The notes below the pieces were generated by a model. The model saw only the letters and a program-made list of their open reading frames with translations, was not told the DNA's origin and ran no database searches. This document shows positions 25,101-38,036 of a DNA stretch of 64,000 nucleotides, piece after piece (position 1 is the first letter of the stretch; each line of letters opens with the position of its first letter). Made by a program: the position numbers and the translations under genes. Origin of the DNA: Camelus dromedarius (lineage: Eukaryota); contig NC_087437.1 of assembly GCF_036321535.1 (NCBI RefSeq), positions 4,278,001 to 4,342,000 of the forward strand, read 5' to 3'.

Positions 25101-27267
25101 ATATATTCTCAAATTGATTTTATATCAAAATCAATTGAGGGTTTTAAAAATATGTATTTATAGACCCCACCAAACACTTGTTGAATCAGAATCCCTGGTG
25201 TTGCTGCCAAGAGTTTGGATATTTTAAGGCTCCAAAATTGACTCTTTGATTGGACATGTTTGAGTATTACTAGTCCAAAGAATTGATTCACACACTCAAA
25301 TGCACAATCCCCTGCTTCACAAACCACGATGCCCATTCAGTTTGCCCTTGTGATGAGCAGGACTTCTCCTTGACCTAAGTTTGTTTGGCCTCCATCCACT
25401 CATCCTAACTACCAGATTTGGAGAGTCCAAATTATTAACTACGGCTGCTGAAGGAATAAGGCAAGAGCAAATAAAACTATCGTATGGTCTGTGTAGTAAC
25501 AACTAAGCCTCACACAGCTCCTGCCCAGATGGAGGTCATAAGTTAGCGGGGTGAGGAATAGAGGAGTAAAATGTCTAGACAAACAACAGCAAGACATCAT
25601 GATACAGCTTGGTAGAGTCAACACCAGACTTCTACAAGATTACAATGGAAGTAATCATCATCCCACTTGTGGAGGTCAAGAAAGGATGCAGCGAGGAGAC
25701 ACCGCAAGATCAAGGCTCTGAAGAATATGTAGAATTTTGCCAGGTGGAGGAAGAGGTGGATCTCGGCAGAGTCTCAGCAGCACCCCAGTTTCACTATGGG
25801 GACTTAAAATGGGCAAATGATCTCACTTTCCTGGCTCTCAGTATCATCATCCCTAGAGTTAGGGAAGTCCAAAAATAAGAGTAGTTTCTCCAAGCTGGTG
25901 AATATTCAGTGTGGTATCTCTTTCTCATAAGTGAAGCTGGATATAAAGATTAGCAAAGCCCACCGGTCAGATCTCTGTGTTGTGTACTCCTCAATAACCA
26001 CCTTCCTTCTGCTTCCTCCTTGCACTTGTTAACATCCTTCACCTCAGCATGTGCTCAGAATAAATCCAATTTCCTAACTTTGCAGGATATTTGTCAACAA
26101 TAAAATCTGAGGTCAAGTAGTTTCATTTCTTTAGAAAGTGCCTTATCCTCAACAGATGTGTGCATCCGCACTCTACAAGGAGGAGTTGCATCTAGAAGGC
26201 TGCAAAAAACAGTGTTGTGTAGGTATTCATCACAGCGTCTCTCACTTTTTGATGGGAAATTACACACCCAGGGTTTTGTTTTTGTGCTTTTGTTTGTTTC
26301 ATACACATAGGAAATTAAATACTGGTCTATCTAGTTCAACAGCAGGTTCTCCACTAGACTCTAAGATTCTGAGATCAAGGACTGCTTATCCTGTTCAGCG
26401 CTGTTTCCTCAGGAGCCCAGAGAATTACCCAGCTTAGGCAGTACTCAATAAATAATGTGTAAATAAAATTGTAATAGAATGACTCAGAGAAATTATAGAG
26501 ATTTCCTCTGTTTACAAAGGCTGCTATACAGTTACCCTACCGTTTGACCTCATCCACCTATTTTTCACCTCCAGATTATTCCTGTCTGGGAGTTGGATTT
26601 GAAACTGCTTTCCAGTTTACAGGCTCATCTCCATTTCTACAGCTCATAAGTTATTCATCTATCACTGTGATAAGTATACATGACCAGTGGGATGGTTCGA
26701 GTTGTCTCTGCTTCAGTCTATGAGAAAGGTGGGTTTGACCCCAAGCTTTGGGTTCGTATTAGGTCTCCTTTACATGTCTCCATATTCTCCTTAGACCAGT
26801 GGTTACCTACACACATGACAAACCATAAATGGAGTGAAGAAATATGCCCCCTCACTCTAGTGAGAGGATTCAGCAAGTCACAAGGCAAAAGGCATGGATA
26901 CATCTCACAAGAAATGAGAACAATGATTCAAATCTACCATAGCCCACACAGATGACTAAATTGAAGATCACCCTTTAAGTATATGAGGTCTATGTCATGA
27001 ACTGCTAGCTTCAGGGTTACATTTAACACTCCAACAAATAGGGAACCTGTTTGTTTACATGCCTGACTACAGTTGATACTATGAGTGCTTTGTTAATTTT
27101 GGTTTTGGGTTTTTGCCAGTCTCTTAGGTGAAAAAAAAAAATCAAAGTTGTTTAATTGCACTTACATATGTAATAGTGAGGTTTAGCATCTTTATATTTG
27201 TTTTATGGTCATTTATTTATACCTCTTCTGGTTTGAATTGCCTATTTCCTCTCACTACTTAATTTTT

Positions 27268-28595
27268 TAACATTTTTTATTGAGTTATAATCATTTTACA
27301 ATGTTGTGTCAAATTTCAGTGTAGGGCACAATTTTTCAGTTATACATGAACATATATATAATCGTCACATTTTTTCCTCTGTGAGCTACCATAAGATCTT
27401 GTATATATTCCCCTGTGCTATACAGTATAATCTTCGTTATCTATTACAATTTTGAAATCCCAATCTGTCCCTTCCCACTCCCCGCCCCCTTGGCAACCAC
27501 AAGTTTGTATTCTATGTCTATGAGTCTATTTCTGTTCTGTATTTATGTTTTGTTTGTTTTTTGTTTTTTAGATTCCACATATGAATGATCTCATATGGTA
27601 TTTTTCTTTCTCTTTCTGGTTTACTTCACTTAGAATGACACTCTCCAGGAGCATCCATGTTGCTGCAAATGGTGTTATGTTGTCGGTTTTTATGGCTGAA
27701 TAGTATTCCATTGTATAAATATACCACTTCTTCTTTAACCACTCATCTGTTGATGGACATTAGGCTGTTTTTCCATGTCTTGGCTATTGTAAATAGTGCT
27801 GCTATGAACATTGGGGTGCAGGTGTCTTTTTGAAGTAGGGTTCCTTCTGGATATATGCCCAGGAGTGGGATTCCTGGGTCACATGGTAAGTCTATTCCTA
27901 GTCTTTTGAGGAATCTCCATACTGTTTTCCACAGTGGCTGCACCAAACTGCATTCCCACCAGAAGTGTAGGAGGGTTCCCTTTTCTCCACAGGCTTTCCA
28001 GCATTTGTCGTTTGTGGATTTTTGAATGATGGCCATTCTGACTGGTGTGAGGTGGTAACTCATTGTAGTTTTGATTTGTATTTCTCTGATAATTAGTGAT
28101 ACTGAGCATTTTTTCATTCCCCCAGGGCTGCCTCAGTGCAGCCGCCCCAGTCCTCCACTCGCTCGGGCAGCCTGTCCTGGCACCAGCTGCCAGCCTGCCT
28201 CTCAGGCTTGGTGTCGCGGGGACCCTCTGTGCCCGTTTAACTAAGTTCCACTGGTCAAGGGCTGCTCTGTACAGATCCAAGACTCGGACGCTCCCCCTCC
28301 ATCCCGCTGGCCTCTTGGTTGGAGAGGGGAGACCCAGCAAACCAGCGCCAGTCCTCCTCTGACCCTCCCTCCCTGTGGGACTGTCCAGCACTGTTTTGCC
28401 TTTTCTTCTTTCCTTTTTCCTTTTCTCCTACTTGATTTTTGGCGTCTCTGTCTTTTGAAGAGGACGATGTTCTGTCGGAGTTCCGCAGGTGCTCTGGTTG
28501 GCTGAGTGGGTCTGTGGATGTGAGTCTTGTTGTATTTGTGGGAGAGGGTGAGCTACGAGCGTCCTTCTACTCCACCATCTTGGCCTCCTCTCTCC
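27268..28595 (-). mobile_element. Young L1 with internal deletion: 5'UTR (28595-28118) joined directly to the ORF2 C-terminus and 3'UTR (28117-27268)
   Basis: Starts with the L1 5'-end motif GGGAGAGAGGAGGCCAAGATGG; ORF 27743-28117 ([28 protein letters not shown]...[20 protein letters not shown]) is the L1 ORF2 C-terminal cysteine-rich region. Confidence 0.9.
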
Positions 28596-30399
28596 CATTT
28601 GCAATCTTAAAATGCTTTTCTGAGTGATTGCTCAGTGTTATGCTTTTGAGGGAAAAACAGCTGGGAAAAGCTGCAAATCATGACTAAGCCAAAAGCCTGG
28701 GGAATGTCTTTTTAACCACCAGAGACCCCAGAGGATGGGTGCTCCACATGGGACTCGTGTGAAGGAAGTGGTAAAAAGGACACATCTGACTGGGCACCTC
28801 CATCACCCCTCAATTTGATGGGTTTCCCTAATCTTAGTCCTAGATGGAAGACTCCAGCTGGGTAATTTGAAGAGAGGGTAATAAAAGGACCTATTACAAA
28901 GCTGTAAGTAAGGTAGAGGAAAAGCAGGAGGAATTGGTATGGTGACTTAGGACACTTGAACCGTATATAAATTTCTGTTGAGTTGGGTCTATTTGTTATA
29001 GCAGTTAGCCTATTCTAGTATGTCAGTGATCTTTTAAAATTTATAATGTATTTAAAATATATTTTAAAATATACATTATCTCTATATTTCCAAATTAATT
29101 TAAAAATAGATAATAACTGTACATGGATCAAAATCAAAAGGAATAGAAGGTTTACAGTTCTTGAAGGCAATTCCTTGAAGGCAATCATTCTTTTTTTTTA
29201 ATTTTATTTTTTATTGAGGTGTAGTTGATTTACAATGTTAGTTTCAAGTGTATATCAAAGTGATTCAGGTATACATATACATATGTGTGTGTGTGTATAT
29301 ATGTATATATATATTTTTGGATTCTTTTCCATTACACCTTATTACAAGAAATTGAATATGATTCCTTGTGAACACAACCATTCTTATCAGTTAATTGTGA
29401 ATCTTCCAGAGATAGGTATAAACAAGCAAACAATTTTTTTCCCCTTTCTAAACACAAATCTTAGTAGCATTTTATGTGTTTACTCTATACTGATTTCTGT
29501 TCCAAGAATTTTATATTTATTAACTCATAAGACACTCTATAAATGTCTATGACACTCTGTAAGTCTTATGACTCCTCTATAAGACATGTACTGTTATAAC
29601 CTCTAATTTACAGATGAGAAAGCTGAGGAACAGGAAAGATACATGACTTTCTTGAGATCACACAGCTAATAAGTACTGAGAGTAGGATTTGAATCTAAGC
29701 TGATTCTAGAGTCCATCTTCTTAACCATTATATTTTACACCTTTAGAGATAACCTGGGTTAATGTAATAAATGTTTTATATCCTACATTGTCTATAAATA
29801 AAGTTGTTTGTACTGCTCCTATGGTACAATAATCCTTTTTTAAAAATTCCATTTGTTCCCTCATACTGGTTTGGAAACTATGCACTCTCTAATTTTTTAG
29901 TCATTACTCTTAAAAACATAGCATGCATATATAATAATTAATTAATATTTCTATTCTCATTCCAAATTCAGGAAGAATTTGTATTTGCTTCTGCTGGGTA
30001 TCAGGTAGTATCACCAGCTTGGAACCATTTTAACTTCAAGGTCTGGGGGTTACCTAGACAGAGGGAATATAAATCTTGAACAAATTCATATGTTCACAGG
30101 AAGATCAGACACTGACTAGATTAGTTTAGGATTACCTGAACCACTATAGTGACAAGGGGAGATTACCCTGATTGTCTTAGGCCAATCAAAGCCTATTCCT
30201 GGAGTAGAGGTGAGGTCAGTTTCACCCACATTTCATGAATGGGATACAGTGAGGTAGGGGTGGAATAGAAATTGGGAAAACAACTAAAACGTTAATACAG
30301 TGACAAAAGAAATCTTGATGAATTCTAAACCACTCGTATCAAACAAGTCATAGTCCAATGATTTCTTGTTACAAAAGTAATAAGTACAAGTGGAAAAAT

Positions 30400-31446
30400 G
30401 GAAAGAAAATACTTTAACTCAGGTTAAAAAGGAAATTTAAATGGAAGTTAGACAGTATTTAGACATGAATGAAAATGAGAAGAATACACAAAAAACTTTT
30501 TTGTTTAACTGGAGCAGTAGTCAGAGGAAATGTCTGTAGTTTTAGGTAAATTAATTTTTAAAAGATAGAAAAATATATATTGATATCAATAAACTGAAAA
30601 CAGTAAACTGAAGGAAATAATAAAATTGAAGCAAAAATTACTAAAATAAAAAAAAAGGACATTTGATCAATAAACCATATGTACTTCTTTAAAAACACCA
30701 ATAAATAGAAAATATTTTGAAAAGTCTGTAGAAGAAAAACAGAAGGCACAAATAACTTACATAAGGAATATATGCAAACCTGCTTAGGAAAATAACCATA
30801 TAAATATTAGCTATTATTATTATTTTTGTATTGATATAAAGGAAGTTAAATAATAAGGGTGTTACATAAAATCTTATGCAAATTATCCTAAAACTCAGGC
30901 TAAAAATAAAATTTTATAGAAAAATATAAAATATCAAAACTGCCTGAAAAGTAGGAAAACTTTATAGAAATCAAGGACCTAACAAACACCACTCCTAAAT
31001 AATATGCCCCCATGTCCAAACAGTTTTATAGAGAAGTTCTACCAATTTTTCAAGAGATTAATTATCCTTTGAAATATCCTATTTGATATCAACTATTTCA
31101 GAACATAGACAAAGATTATAAACTACCCAACTAATTTTATTTAGCTAAGAGAACACTGATATCAAATATAAGAATTAGACAAGAAGAGAATAAAATAAAA
31201 ATAAGAGAATAATGTAATTTGAACAGTGTTTATTTTACCCAGGAATGCAAAGATAGCTCAATATTAGAAAATAAAGATCACTTAATAGATTAAAGGGAAA
31301 AATACTGTCATTCTGTTATTGATTTCTAATAGAACTCCAGTGTGTTCAAAGAACAATCTTTGTATGACTTGAACCCCTTTAATATATTACTTATATTTAT
31401 AACACACAAGGAACTCCATACAAATGAGTTAGAAAAATATCTAATT
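30400..31446 (+). mobile_element. Ancient L1M ORF2 fragments
   Basis: Degenerate A-rich L1 motifs (cccaggaatgcaaagatagctcaatattagaaa; aaggaactccatacaaat). Confidence 0.65.
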
Positions 31447-31467
31447 AAAAATTAAGTAGTGAGAGGA

Positions 31468-33057
31468 CAAAAGACCTAGAATTGCCAAAGCATTACTGAA
31501 GAAAAAGAAAGAGGCTGGAGGAATAACTTTCCCAGACTTCAGACAATACTACAGAGCTACAGTCATCAAGACAGCATGGTATTGGTACAAAAACAGACAT
31601 ATGGACCAATGGAACAGAATAGAGAGCTCAGACATGAACCCACAAATTTTTGGTCAACTAGTCTTTGACAAAGGAGGCAAGAATACACAATGGAATAAAG
31701 ACAGTCTCTTCAGCAAATGGTGTTGGGAAAACTAGACAGCAGCATGTAAATCAGCGAAGCTAGAACACTCCATTACACCATACACAAAAATCAACTCAAA
31801 ATGGATCAAAGACTTAAACATAAGACAAGACACCTTAAAGCTCCTAGAAGGAAATATAGGCAAAACATTATCTGACATACATCTTAAAAATATTCTCCTA
31901 GAACAGTCTACCCAAGCAATAGAAATAAAAGCAAGAATAAGCAAATGGGACCTAATGAAACTTACAAGCTTCTGCACAGCAAAGGAAACCATAAGTAAAA
32001 CAAAAAGACAACCTACGGAATGGGAGAAAATTTTTGCAAATGAAACTGACAAAGGCTTGATCTCCAGAATATATAAGCAGCTCATATGACTTAATAAGAA
32101 ACAACCAAACAACCCAATCCAAAAATGGGCAGAAGACCTAAACAAGCAATTCTCCAAGGAAGAAATACAAACGATCAATAGGCACATGAAAAAAATGCTC
32201 AGTATCACTAATTATGAGAGAAATGCAAATCAAAACTACAATGAGTTACCACCTCACACCAGTCAGACTGCCCATCATTCAAAAATCCACAAACGACAAA
32301 TGCTGGAAAGCCTGTGGAGGAAAGGGGACCCTCCTACACTGCTGGTGGGAATGCAGTTTGGTGCAGCCACTGTGGAAAACACTATGGAGATTCCTCAAAA
32401 GACTAGGAACAGACTTACCATGTGACCCAGGAATCCCACTCCTGGGCATATATCCAGAAGGAACCCTACTTCAAAAAGACACCTGCACCCCAATGTTCAT
32501 AGCAGCACTATTTACAATAGCCAAGACATGGAAACAGCCTAAATGTCCATCAACAGACGACTGGATAAAGAAGAAGTGGTATATTTATACAATGGAATAC
32601 TATTCAGCCATAAAAACCAACAACATAACACCATTTGCAGCAACATGTATGCTCCTGGAGAGTGTCATTCTAAGTGAAGTAAGCCAGAAAGAGAAAGAAA
32701 AATACCATATGAGATCATTCATATGTGGAATCTTAAAACAAACAAACAAACAAAGCATAAATATGAAACAGAAATAGACTCATAGACATAGAATACAAAC
32801 TTGTGGTTGCCAAGGGGGCGGGGAGTGGGAAGGGACAGATTGGGATTTCAAAATTGTAGAATAGATAAACAAGATTATACTGTATAGCACAGGGAACTAT
32901 ATACAAGATCTTATGGTAGCTCACAGAGAAAAAAATGTGACAATGAATATATATATATATATGTTCATGTATAACTGAAAAATTGTGCTCTACACTGGAA
33001 TTTGACACAATATTGTAAAATGATTATAAATTAATAAAAAATGTTAAAAAAAAAAAA
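31468..33057 (+). mobile_element. Young 5'-truncated camelid L1
   Basis: Long ORF2 C-terminal ORF 32214-32777, 3'UTR and polyA; near-identical to 27268-28117 in inverted orientation. Confidence 0.95.
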
Positions 33058-33299
33058 GATTGAAAATGATCAAGATTTTTTAAAATGCCTGGTACTCTTT
33101 CATGGTGATCCAGACAAAAGTAAGACATTTTGTATGATATGGTAACATATGATATATGCCTTGCCTATGTGATATGTATTATACTGTTACAGATCCATGG
33201 ATAGAACGTATAGGCTAAAGCTTTAGGCTAAGCTTTGGGAATTTGCAAACACAATTCATTCCAATACAGCCAAACAAGTAAACAATTTAATGAACAAAA

Positions 33300-33730
33300 G
33301 CATTGGGAGTGGGGCTGTGGGGAATAGCCCAAAATGTGCTCAGAGAAGTAAGCAGGGTCAAGTATTATGTAAGCTTGTTCCAGAACCTGGATTTTATCAA
33401 ACACATCAAAAAATCATTGAAGGATTTTGGGTAGGAAAGAAACATGATGTTGCTTACATTTCAAGTAGAACACCACACCTGCTTTGTGATAACTAAATGG
33501 TGAGAACAGAAGCAGAGAACCAGACTGGAGACTACAGCAGAGGTCCAGGTAAGAGGCGATGGGGGCTCGACCACCATCATGACAGTGAAAACAGTGGGAA
33601 GTGGCCACAATCGAGCCACTTGACAACACAATACTTTGGTTTGGCCCTAGGTCTGACACAGGACATGAAGGGAAGAAAGGTGTTAGGGCTGGCCACGAGT
33701 TTTCTGGCTTGAGTGCTTTGGGAGAATGAG
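33300..33730. mobile_element. L2-like fragment
   Basis: Degenerate L2 motifs (ggattttatc...cattgaaggattttgggtagg; gagtttctggcttgag). Confidence 0.5.
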
Positions 33731-34560
33731 AGACGTTATTAGTGACATGAGTGAGATGAGAAAAGTTGTTTATTCTTCATAATCCTTGTGACTTTCTGAG
33801 AAAGTGGATACTTATAGCTGGAGGATGTTTCTGTTTCCATAAACCAAACAAAAGCATCCTCTCCAGAATGATTCAAATTCTTTGAAAACAGGGTCAAGCA
33901 GCAGATGTGAACAAGCAAGATGGACATAGCCAAGTCCAAGCTGAATGGCTCTCTATAAAAACATAAGAAATTGATGGAGATGAGTTTTGCACTGGGGAGA
34001 GACAGAGAAGCCCTTTGTCTTAGCATCAACAATAGCCAAAGACCACTTCAAAACCCTCCTGGCCATTGGAGCATGAGCTAGCTGTATCCTGCCAAGCTTA
34101 GCATCTGGAAAAGAGGCCAGGATCTAGTCCTTGCACAGGTTTAACTGGAATAATACTGGGGCCAGGGACCACAATTTTTATTCTCTTGCTCAAATGAAAA
34201 CAGATCCTGAAAAGGACCCTTAGTCTAGAGAAAGAGATAAGAGAAGCTTCCCACCTCCATTTAATTCCTGAAAACCTTCTTTGAAATCATGCCAATATTC
34301 AACAGAAGCACTGCTGGGAAATTTTTGTTAAAGCATCTGAATCTCTGAATGACATTTAATTAAAACATTGTCTCTATTTTGGCCTTAAGAAACCTAGAAA
34401 ACAGCCAGGACTCATCATCTCTGTGGGAAGAAATTTAAATTAATCCTCTTAAAGGCTATCACTCATATTGAAAGGATTAATGAGCAATGTAGATTTTGTT
34501 GATGATTTTCAAATGAGCAACAAAATAGGACTTATCTCACACGCTGTAAAAATGATCTGA

Positions 34561-34673
34561 GAGGGTGGTGAGTACAGCTCAGTGGTAGAGTGTACCCTTA
34601 GCATTCATGAGGTGCTGGGTTCAACCCTTAGGACCTCCATAAATAAGTAAGTAAGTAAATAAATATATATATT

Positions 34674-34744
<71 letters not shown>

Positions 34745-34780
34745 TCTCCCCACCCCCAAAAAAGCAAATCAAAAAAAAAT
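34561..34780 (+). mobile_element. Vic-type SINE with internal (TA)n expansion
   Basis: agctcagtggtagagtg...ctgggttcaaccc; (TA)n at ~34663-34738; C-run tail. Confidence 0.85.
34663..34738. repeat. (TA)n microsatellite, ~75 bp, interrupted
   Basis: Directly visible. Confidence 0.95.
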
Positions 34781-35570
34781 TTTTAAACAGATCTAGTAAC
34801 AATTCTCATTAGACATGTTATCCTGTCCCTTCTTCTCTTGCTACGTCCTCTGGGAGTTACCCTTGGCTTTTCCTCTGCAGGGCGTTCTGTTTCTCTGTGC
34901 TCCCCCTCAAAACTTCAGTACCTCCCCTCAGTACCTTTTCCTGAAGTGTTAATCACAACCTACTGCAGTTATTAGCAGATAAAGAGCCATCGGGGAATGG
35001 AAGACTTTATCCTATTATTTTCTTCCAGTCTGATTCACTATTGGAGAATAGTGTCTTAGGCTAATTTGGTACACATGGCATCCTTCCAACTTTCAGCCAA
35101 AGGTACTGCTTTCTTACTACTGACTCCCCTAGAACCCACACCAGAAAGACAAGCGGGTTCCATCAGATGTACGTGGGGCACCTACCTTGGCTCATCAAGA
35201 AAGCAGTTCCCAAGAGAATACGTAGGCCCACAGCATCTCAGGGGATAAGAGTCAGAGGAGTTGGGGATGCTTGGGAATTGATGACTGAAACCAGGGATGG
35301 GACTGAATAGAAAGACAACAGGCTCACAAGTGGATGTCCAGGGCTCCAGGTCCCAGACATGTCACCCCTTTGGGCCGTGTATTGGCATCCTTGTAGGGTG
35401 GACAGTACAGTAGCCTGAAAGAGCTAAAATCCGCTGTAGCCTTTCTCAATCTGAACACACAAAAAATCACTTCAGTGGCTATTTTCTCTACTCTCCCAAG
35501 AATGGTATATAAGTAGTATTAGATGCAATGGAAATAAGCTAATTCGTTACATGCAACGGATGTTTGGGGT

Positions 35571-35759
35571 CAGTGGTTCTCAGCATTAGGGAATATAGAA
35601 ACCACCTTCAGGGTTTATGAAAACAGAAACAGCTAGACCCAACCTCCATATAGTTTCTGATTCAAAAAGTATAGAGTGGAGCCTGAAAATGTGCATTTTT
35701 AACAAATTTCCAGCTATTACTGTGCTCCTAGTCTGGGACCACACTTTGAAAACCACCAG
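35571..35759. mobile_element. MER5A-like element
   Basis: cagtggttctcagc...gtttctgattca...gggaccacactttgaaaaccac. Confidence 0.75.
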
Positions 35760-36083
35760 CTTAAGGCATTAAAGGATAATTCTCTTGGAGACTTCTGGTT
35801 GACAAAGATCTAACTGGGTTAAATTTTGTACAGTTTCTCTTTTATGTATATCCATTCTGACTGGTGATTTCAATGGCATTTCTTTTATATTGAAGGCTCT
35901 GAATGTGGCATTTAGAAGCCATTATGAAAAATTAAGCAGAACTTAGCACTGTATAAAATTTTCCCTTGAGACTGATTTTCAGTTTCCCCCCACAAAGTGC
36001 ATTTATCAAAGTAAACTTAACACCAAAATAACTGAACAGATGATTCATATTTGAAAGTAAAGTAGCTTTGAAATATGACACAA

Positions 36084-36646
36084 GTAGCACTATTTACAAC
36101 AGCCAAGACATGGAAACAACCTAAATGTCCATCAACAGATGACTGGCTAAAGAAGTTGTGGTATATTTACACAATGGAATACTACTCAGCCATAAAAAAT
36201 AGTAAAATAACATCATTTGCAGCAACACGGATGGCCCTGGAGAATGTCATTCTAAGTGAAATAAGCAAGAAAGAGAATGAAAAATACCATATGATATCAC
36301 TCATACATGGAATCTAAAAAAAAAGACAAATGAACTTATTTACAAAACAGAAACAGACTCACAGACATAGAAAACAAACTTACCAGGGGGTAGGGGGTTA
36401 GGAAGGGAAAAACGGGGAGTTTGAGATTTGCAGATACGGATCAGTATATATGAAATAGATAAACAAGTTTATACTGTACAGCACAGGGAACTGTATTTGA
36501 TATCTTGTAGTAGCTTATGGTGAAAAAGAATATGAAACGAATATATGCATGTTCATATATGACTGAAGCCCTATGCTATACACCAGAAACTGACACAACA
36601 TTGTAAACTGACTATGCTTCAATTAAAAAGACTGAAAAAAAAGAAA
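36084..36646 (+). mobile_element. 5'-truncated L1
   Basis: [20 protein letters not shown]...; TSD gaaatat(g/a)acacaa. Confidence 0.9.
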
Positions 36647-36873
36647 GAAATATAACACAACCTTGGCTACTACATCATACAGGTATATTGATTCTTCAAT
36701 CAATTTTAATTAACTTCCAATAATATACAGGGGACAGATCAAATGCCAGAGCACAGAAGCACAGGGTACGTTTCCTGCCATGACACAGCAGGAACAAGAC
36801 ACACTGAGCATATAGATACCTCCGACAAAGAAGCAGCATTTTAATGGCACTCACTGAAAAGGCTGTCTGACTT

Positions 36874-37572
36874 TGTAAGGGGAAATACAACTTAAAAGGA
36901 AAAAAAAGTCTTCCTAGCACAAGAGAAAAAAAAAAAAAGATAAGAGGGACACTCCTCATTTCCTTTTTCTTAAAGCATTTACTTTAGAACTTTTATATTT
37001 GCAAATTATTTTTTGGCCTTTTTGAGATACATGTAAATTTTTTTAAGTTAAATAAGTCTTTTTGCCAGTTTTACAACCCAGGAATGTTTTTCTCAAGGAT
37101 TTGGAAGCCATCTCTTTAAAATACAATCATCAAGAAAGATAGCTTCTCTATCTCTCAGTTTCCATAGAAGAGTAAGATCCTAACTCTGGCAGGGCGCCTG
37201 GCTCCATGCTGCAAAACCACCTCTGTGGTAAGGAACAATTTTTCTTTGGATAAAGGCAATTAACAAACACAGATGACCACCCAAATTATCAGATGAATTT
37301 GGAATGAACTATGTATGACAAATGGTGCTGTCAAGTCTTCTCGACTAGCTATCATTTCTCTCCAGAAAATGCACATAATGGGTTATAGCTGCTTGTCTAG
37401 ACAAGCTTTCTCTCTTGTCTTTGCAACCTCTGTAGCAGAGAGCCTATGATGTCCATTGTAGTCTGAGTCAACGTCTGTTCAATAATAACACTGCTTTCTG
37501 TCTTTCCTATATATTTGGGGGGAGGAATTTTTGCATTGGCAGATTTTATGCTTAACTATTCTTCCCCTAAAG
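36874..37572 (+). mobile_element. Solo ERV1 LTR (MER34-like)
   Basis: TG start and MER34-type motifs (cccaggaatgtttttctcaagga; ggataaaggcaattaacaaacacagatg; atgacaaatggtgctgtcaag). Confidence 0.6.
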
Positions 37573-38036
37573 TTCACGGTAGGGAAAGAACATTTCTCAT
37601 AAGGTATATATCAGATGAGAGAAAGTCTCCTGAAGAGAAGACCTTGAAGATGGGATAGGATATGTTGATGGAGGAGAAGAGGGAAGGAGGTATTCCAGGC
37701 ATGAAAGATAACCCGAGCACAGGCTAAAGGGGCACAATGCAAAAATGTCAAGGGAGAGTGGGGAAATCAGCTTAGCTAGAGTGGAGGGAGGACTGCTCAC
37801 TCGAATAGCTAGAGACTTAGGAGGAAGTGTCCCGAGTTCAATGCCAAAGCATTTGTCTTGTCTTTGAGCTTGTAATCAAAGCATTCATGATTAACAGGAC
37901 TCTCCAAAGGCATCCAAGCATCCAGCAAAAATAAAGGGCTCGATGTAAACTTCATCAAAATCAAAGGAAAAATGTTCTTTCAGTAGGAATGGCCCAGTCT
38001 CGGGATTTCATTTAGAAAGCCAAACAATCTTTGAAA

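Noticed and set aside
29043..29079. AT-rich imperfect palindrome, plus small tandem duplications nearby (29161-29185, 29525-29590)
   Set aside because: Low complexity; expected from slippage in AT-rich DNA.
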